A stretch of 64,000 nucleotides of DNA from Desulfobacterales bacterium. Lineage in GTDB: Bacteria; Desulfobacterota; Desulfobacteria; Desulfobacterales; UBA2245. Positions within the stretch are counted from its first letter, which is position 1. Every line of letters starts with the position of its first letter. Where the stretch lies: contig JAXGZF010000008.1 of assembly GCA_040771865.1 (NCBI GenBank), forward strand, positions 20,722 to 84,721, in the 5' to 3' direction. Positions 61,154 to 64,000 of the stretch are shown here, piece after piece. The translations under genes and the position numbers were made by a program. The notes beneath the pieces were generated by a model, which did no database searches, was not told the origin of the DNA, and saw only the letters and a list, made by a program, of their open reading frames with translations.

Positions 61154-62680
61154 TTATTGCCGTCCGGCCATAACAAAGAAGGGCGCATGGTTGGAGGTGA
61201 ACACCGGCGGCGTGTTTCGAAGGATAGCGGCAATCTCCCGGCGCCGCCGGAACCGCTTGTCGAGAAAGCGCCTGACCGCGGTTCGGTTCCAGCCCGCCGG
61301 GTGAACAAAATCCTGGTAAAGGCAGAGGTCTCCCTCATAAAAATTGTGCATCTCAAGGTTCTTCGCGTCCGGGCTGTGGGCCGGAAGGTTGAATACGGCC
61401 AGATTTAGAAAATTGATCTGATCGGCGTGACCGGCAGTGAATTCAAGGGTTTTTTCCGCGCTTTGAAGGTTTTCCCACGGAGTTCCGAAAAGCAGATACG
61501 CATACACGGCGATACCCGCTGCCTTGAGCGCATGAAGGCATCTCGATATTGTCTGCGGGTCGATGCCTTTCTGCATGCCTTCAAGTACCCCCTCATCGGC
61601 CGATTCTAGGCCCAGCTTCAGCATCACGCATCCGGACCGGCGAAGCGCCCTGCAGAAATCGGCATCCATCAGCGGCGAACCGATTCTGGCAAACCCATAC
61701 CATGGAATCCGAAGCTGATTTTGCGCCAGAAATTCGAGCATCGACGGATGCAGGGCGTTGTCGAGAAGATGAATCAGGGAAGGGCGGAATTTTTCAGACA
61801 GAACATCCAGGTCGGATTTGACCCGCGATGGCCCGACGGGCCGGTATTCGGGGGCATGCACCTTTTCCGGGCAGAAGGCGCAGCGGTTCCAGTAGCAGCC
61901 CGAGGACGCGCTGTACGGCAGAACAAAGCCCGGAGACAGGTAGGGCGTTTCTGCAAAAGGCGCGTAATCCGGGCAGGTTGTTTCGATTTGCACCGTTTTT
62001 TCGGCAAATTTCAGCAGGATTTCCTCGCCGGGCCCGGCCGCCATCTCATCCACCAGGCCCGAGAAGGGGGATTTGAAGCCCGGCTGTTTGAGCCATGCGG
62101 TGATCAGCCCGCCGCCGAGGATGATGCGAAGGCGCGGATACAGCTTCCGGAAAAACCCGATCATGGCAAAGGCGCACAGGGCCTGGTCGAGATAGTTGAT
62201 TGAAAGGCCTATTACCGACGGGTTGATCTGCTCCGCAACCGGCGACAAACGCTGTCTGAAATAGGCATAAAACGGGTTCCGTTGAAAGGTTTCGGCGGAT
62301 TGAATCAGATCGGCGCTTCGAACCGGGGAAAGGTTCCGGTCCTGATATTCGGCCAGGCCGATACGCTGGCTTCGGTTGGAACCGGCCTGCCCGAGCAGGC
62401 GCTGAATGTCGTGCACCGCCCGTTTGTAGCGGTCCGGATTCCGGCAGGCGTCCGGATCCCGCAGGAACGCCAGATTGGCCTCAAGACCGCGGATCGCCCT
62501 GCGGGTCCAGGTGTCGTTGGCGCTTAATACGGAAGCGGCGGCAAATATCAGGGCTTCGAGATTGGCGTCGATCGCGCTTGCTTTCACTCCGTGCCGGTTC
62601 AGGGCTGCCATCAGCCGGGCGATTCCGGGCGGCGGTTCGCCGGGTTTGGCTACCGGCGGATAGATCAGCAGAACAGGCAT
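61154..62680 (-). CDS. B12-binding-like / radical SAM family protein with an atypical CX4CX2C cluster motif
   Basis: A 508-aa protein whose N-terminus, MPVLLIYPPVAKPGEPPPGIARL, is typical of class-B (B12-domain) radical SAM enzymes. The cysteine motif SGCYWNRCAFCPE lies at 61871-61897. The start is 7 nt after the stop of the upstream acyl-CoA ligase gene. Confidence 0.7.
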   Translation of the reverse strand: MPVLLIYPPVAKPGEPPPGIARLMAALNRHGVKASAIDANLEALIFAAASVLSANDTWTRRAIRGLEANLAFLRDPDACRNPDRYKRAVHDIQRLLGQAGSNRSQRIGLAEYQDRNLSPVRSADLIQSAETFQRNPFYAYFRQRLSPVAEQINPSVIGLSINYLDQALCAFAMIGFFRKLYPRLRIILGGGLITAWLKQPGFKSPFSGLVDEMAAGPGEEILLKFAEKTVQIETTCPDYAPFAETPYLSPGFVLPYSASSGCYWNRCAFCPEKVHAPEYRPVGPSRVKSDLDVLSEKFRPSLIHLLDNALHPSMLEFLAQNQLRIPWYGFARIGSPLMDADFCRALRRSGCVMLKLGLESADEGVLEGMQKGIDPQTISRCLHALKAAGIAVYAYLLFGTPWENLQSAEKTLEFTAGHADQINFLNLAVFNLPAHSPDAKNLEMHNFYEGDLCLYQDFVHPAGWNRTAVRRFLDKRFRRRREIAAILRNTPPVFTSNHAPFFVMAGRQ

Positions 62681-62687
62681 TGAAATC

Positions 62688-64000
62688 TCAGACCGGCCGG
62701 ATCGTCTGAAGCTGCTCTTTCTTCAAATCCTTTCTCAACACCTTTCCGACAATGGATTTGGGCAGAGTCAAGCGGAATTCGATCTCTTCGGGAAGCTTGT
62801 ACCTGGCCAGACGGGATTTGCAGAATTCAATGAGTTCCTCGCAGGTGGCGGTCTGATTCTCTTTCAGGACCACGTAAGCCTTGACCGCCTCGCCCCTGTA
62901 GTTGTGGGGAATGCCTATGGCGCAGACCTCCTGAACCTTGGGATGTTCGTGGAGAACTTCTTCGATTTCGCGGGGATAAACGTTGTAGCCGCTCGATATG
63001 ATCATGTCCTTCTTGCGGTCAACGATGTAAAAATAGCCGTCCGCGTCCATGACCGCGACGTCTCCCGTACGGAGCCACCCGTCCTCCATGACGTTTGCGG
63101 TTTCGCCGGGCATTTTCCAGTATCCCTGCATCACTTGGGGTCCCCGGACAAGGAGTTCTCCGGGTTTTCCCACCGGCACGTCGGTTTTCCCGTCTTCCAG
63201 GTCCACAATCCGGCACAGGGTGTCGCTGATCGGCACACCGATGCTGCCCACCTTGCGTTTGCCTTCGGTAAAGGGGTTGACGTGGGTGACGGGCGAGGCT
63301 TCGGTCAGGCCGTATCCTTCCACGATCACGGCGCCGGTTTTTCGTTCAAACTTGCGGATGACCTCCACGGGAAGCGGGGCGCTTCCGGAAAAGCATCCTC
63401 GAAGCGAGGTCAGGTCGGTCTTTTCAATATCCGGATGATCGAGAATGCCGATGAACATGGTGGGCACCAGGGGCGCGAAGCTGGGCCGGAATTTTCGAAT
63501 CGCCTTGAGGAGCGTCTCCGGTGTGGGCCTGGGAATCAGGATGTTGCCCCATCCCATGTAAATGGCAAAGTTCATGGTGGTGGAAAGACCGAACACATGG
63601 AAAAAGGGGAGGGCGCCCAGCATGACCCCGTCGTCGCAATGCAGCTCCGGGCACCAGGCGCAGATCTGCTGAACCTGTACGCTCAGATTCCGGTGGCTGA
63701 GCAATACGCCCTTGGAAATGCCCGTGGTTCCCCCGGTGTACTGATACATGGCGATGTCGTCAGGCCGCACCTTCACCCGGGGTCCGGGAACGGGGCTGTG
63801 CTTGAGCAGATCCTTCCACCGGTGAACCCGGCTTGCGGGTTTGACCCTGGCTGCCAGCTTCCGGCGTTTGGCCACGAGTTTAAAGAGATGGTTTTTGGGA
63901 AAGGGTAGGTAATCGCCCAGACTGGTGTAGATGATGTCCCGAATGCCGGTTTTCGGCCTCAGATCGATCATGCGGTTTGCCAGAAGGTCCAGGGTTATAA
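62688..64000 (-). CDS. Long-chain-fatty-acid--CoA ligase / AMP-binding enzyme (C-terminal ~437 codons; N-terminus lies beyond the right edge)
   Basis: It carries the AMP-binding motif YTGGTTGISKGVLLSHRNL plus GYGLTE, TGDV and the terminal PKSIVGKVLRKDL. The frame is still open upstream of the track's Met at 63971 (...ITLDLLANRM...). The AMP motif would sit too close to that Met for a complete enzyme. Confidence 0.88.
   Translation of the reverse strand, partial: ITLDLLANRMIDLRPKTGIRDIIYTSLGDYLPFPKNHLFKLVAKRRKLAARVKPASRVHRWKDLLKHSPVPGPRVKVRPDDIAMYQYTGGTTGISKGVLLSHRNLSVQVQQICAWCPELHCDDGVMLGALPFFHVFGLSTTMNFAIYMGWGNILIPRPTPETLLKAIRKFRPSFAPLVPTMFIGILDHPDIEKTDLTSLRGCFSGSAPLPVEVIRKFERKTGAVIVEGYGLTEASPVTHVNPFTEGKRKVGSIGVPISDTLCRIVDLEDGKTDVPVGKPGELLVRGPQVMQGYWKMPGETANVMEDGWLRTGDVAVMDADGYFYIVDRKKDMIISSGYNVYPREIEEVLHEHPKVQEVCAIGIPHNYRGEAVKAYVVLKENQTATCEELIEFCKSRLARYKLPEEIEFRLTLPKSIVGKVLRKDLKKEQLQTIRPV

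Overview
About 79% of this 64-kb window is taken up by three co-oriented minus-strand giant genes. One is seen only as its first ~597 codons (<1..1793) because it runs off the left edge and is absent from the ORF track. The other two are complete: 9,430 codons (2572..30864) and 6,768 codons (31452..51758). All three open with an almost identical, very basic ~41-aa leader (MGIARNLRRLA.K...(K/R)KAMMEP(L/M)EPR(I/L)LLSAD, i.e. LEPR-x-LL type) that has no Sec-like hydrophobic core. A conserved 5' UTR/Shine-Dalgarno block precedes each start. A fourth, decayed copy of the leader lies in the spacer at ~2036..2220. The two complete proteins are mosaics of several repeat families. These include beta-helix-like ~65-aa repeats, ~70-aa small modules, ~50-aa W-x3-GF-x2-GQ modules, ~90-190-aa modules with a DLVxDINxAL motif, and RTX-type GGxGxD calcium-binding repeats. 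They also share a C-terminal cassette: RTX block, then 2 LamG/ConA-like jelly rolls, 2 Calx-beta domains, a metzincin-like domain with HEIGHALGYGD, and a conserved acidic tail. The last ~1 kb of the two genes is far more similar at the DNA level than the rest, which suggests gene conversion. No secretion-partner, transposase, integrase, tRNA, rRNA or CRISPR feature was recognised. The right-hand 12 kb is a compact, mostly minus-strand housekeeping block: ogt, a conserved unknown protein, a 2x[4Fe-4S] ferredoxin, a hypothetical protein, a cysteine synthase fused to a CysRS-like domain lacking HIGH and KMSKS, tmk, a yhaM-like gene, surE, a plus-strand cupin gene, a B12-like radical-SAM gene with CX4CX2C, and a partial acyl-CoA ligase. 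Gene content and GC level are compatible with an anaerobic deltaproteobacterium-like (Desulfobacterota-like) host, but that is inference only. Domain coordinates inside the giant genes are approximate (+/- ~30 nt) because they were mapped by eye.
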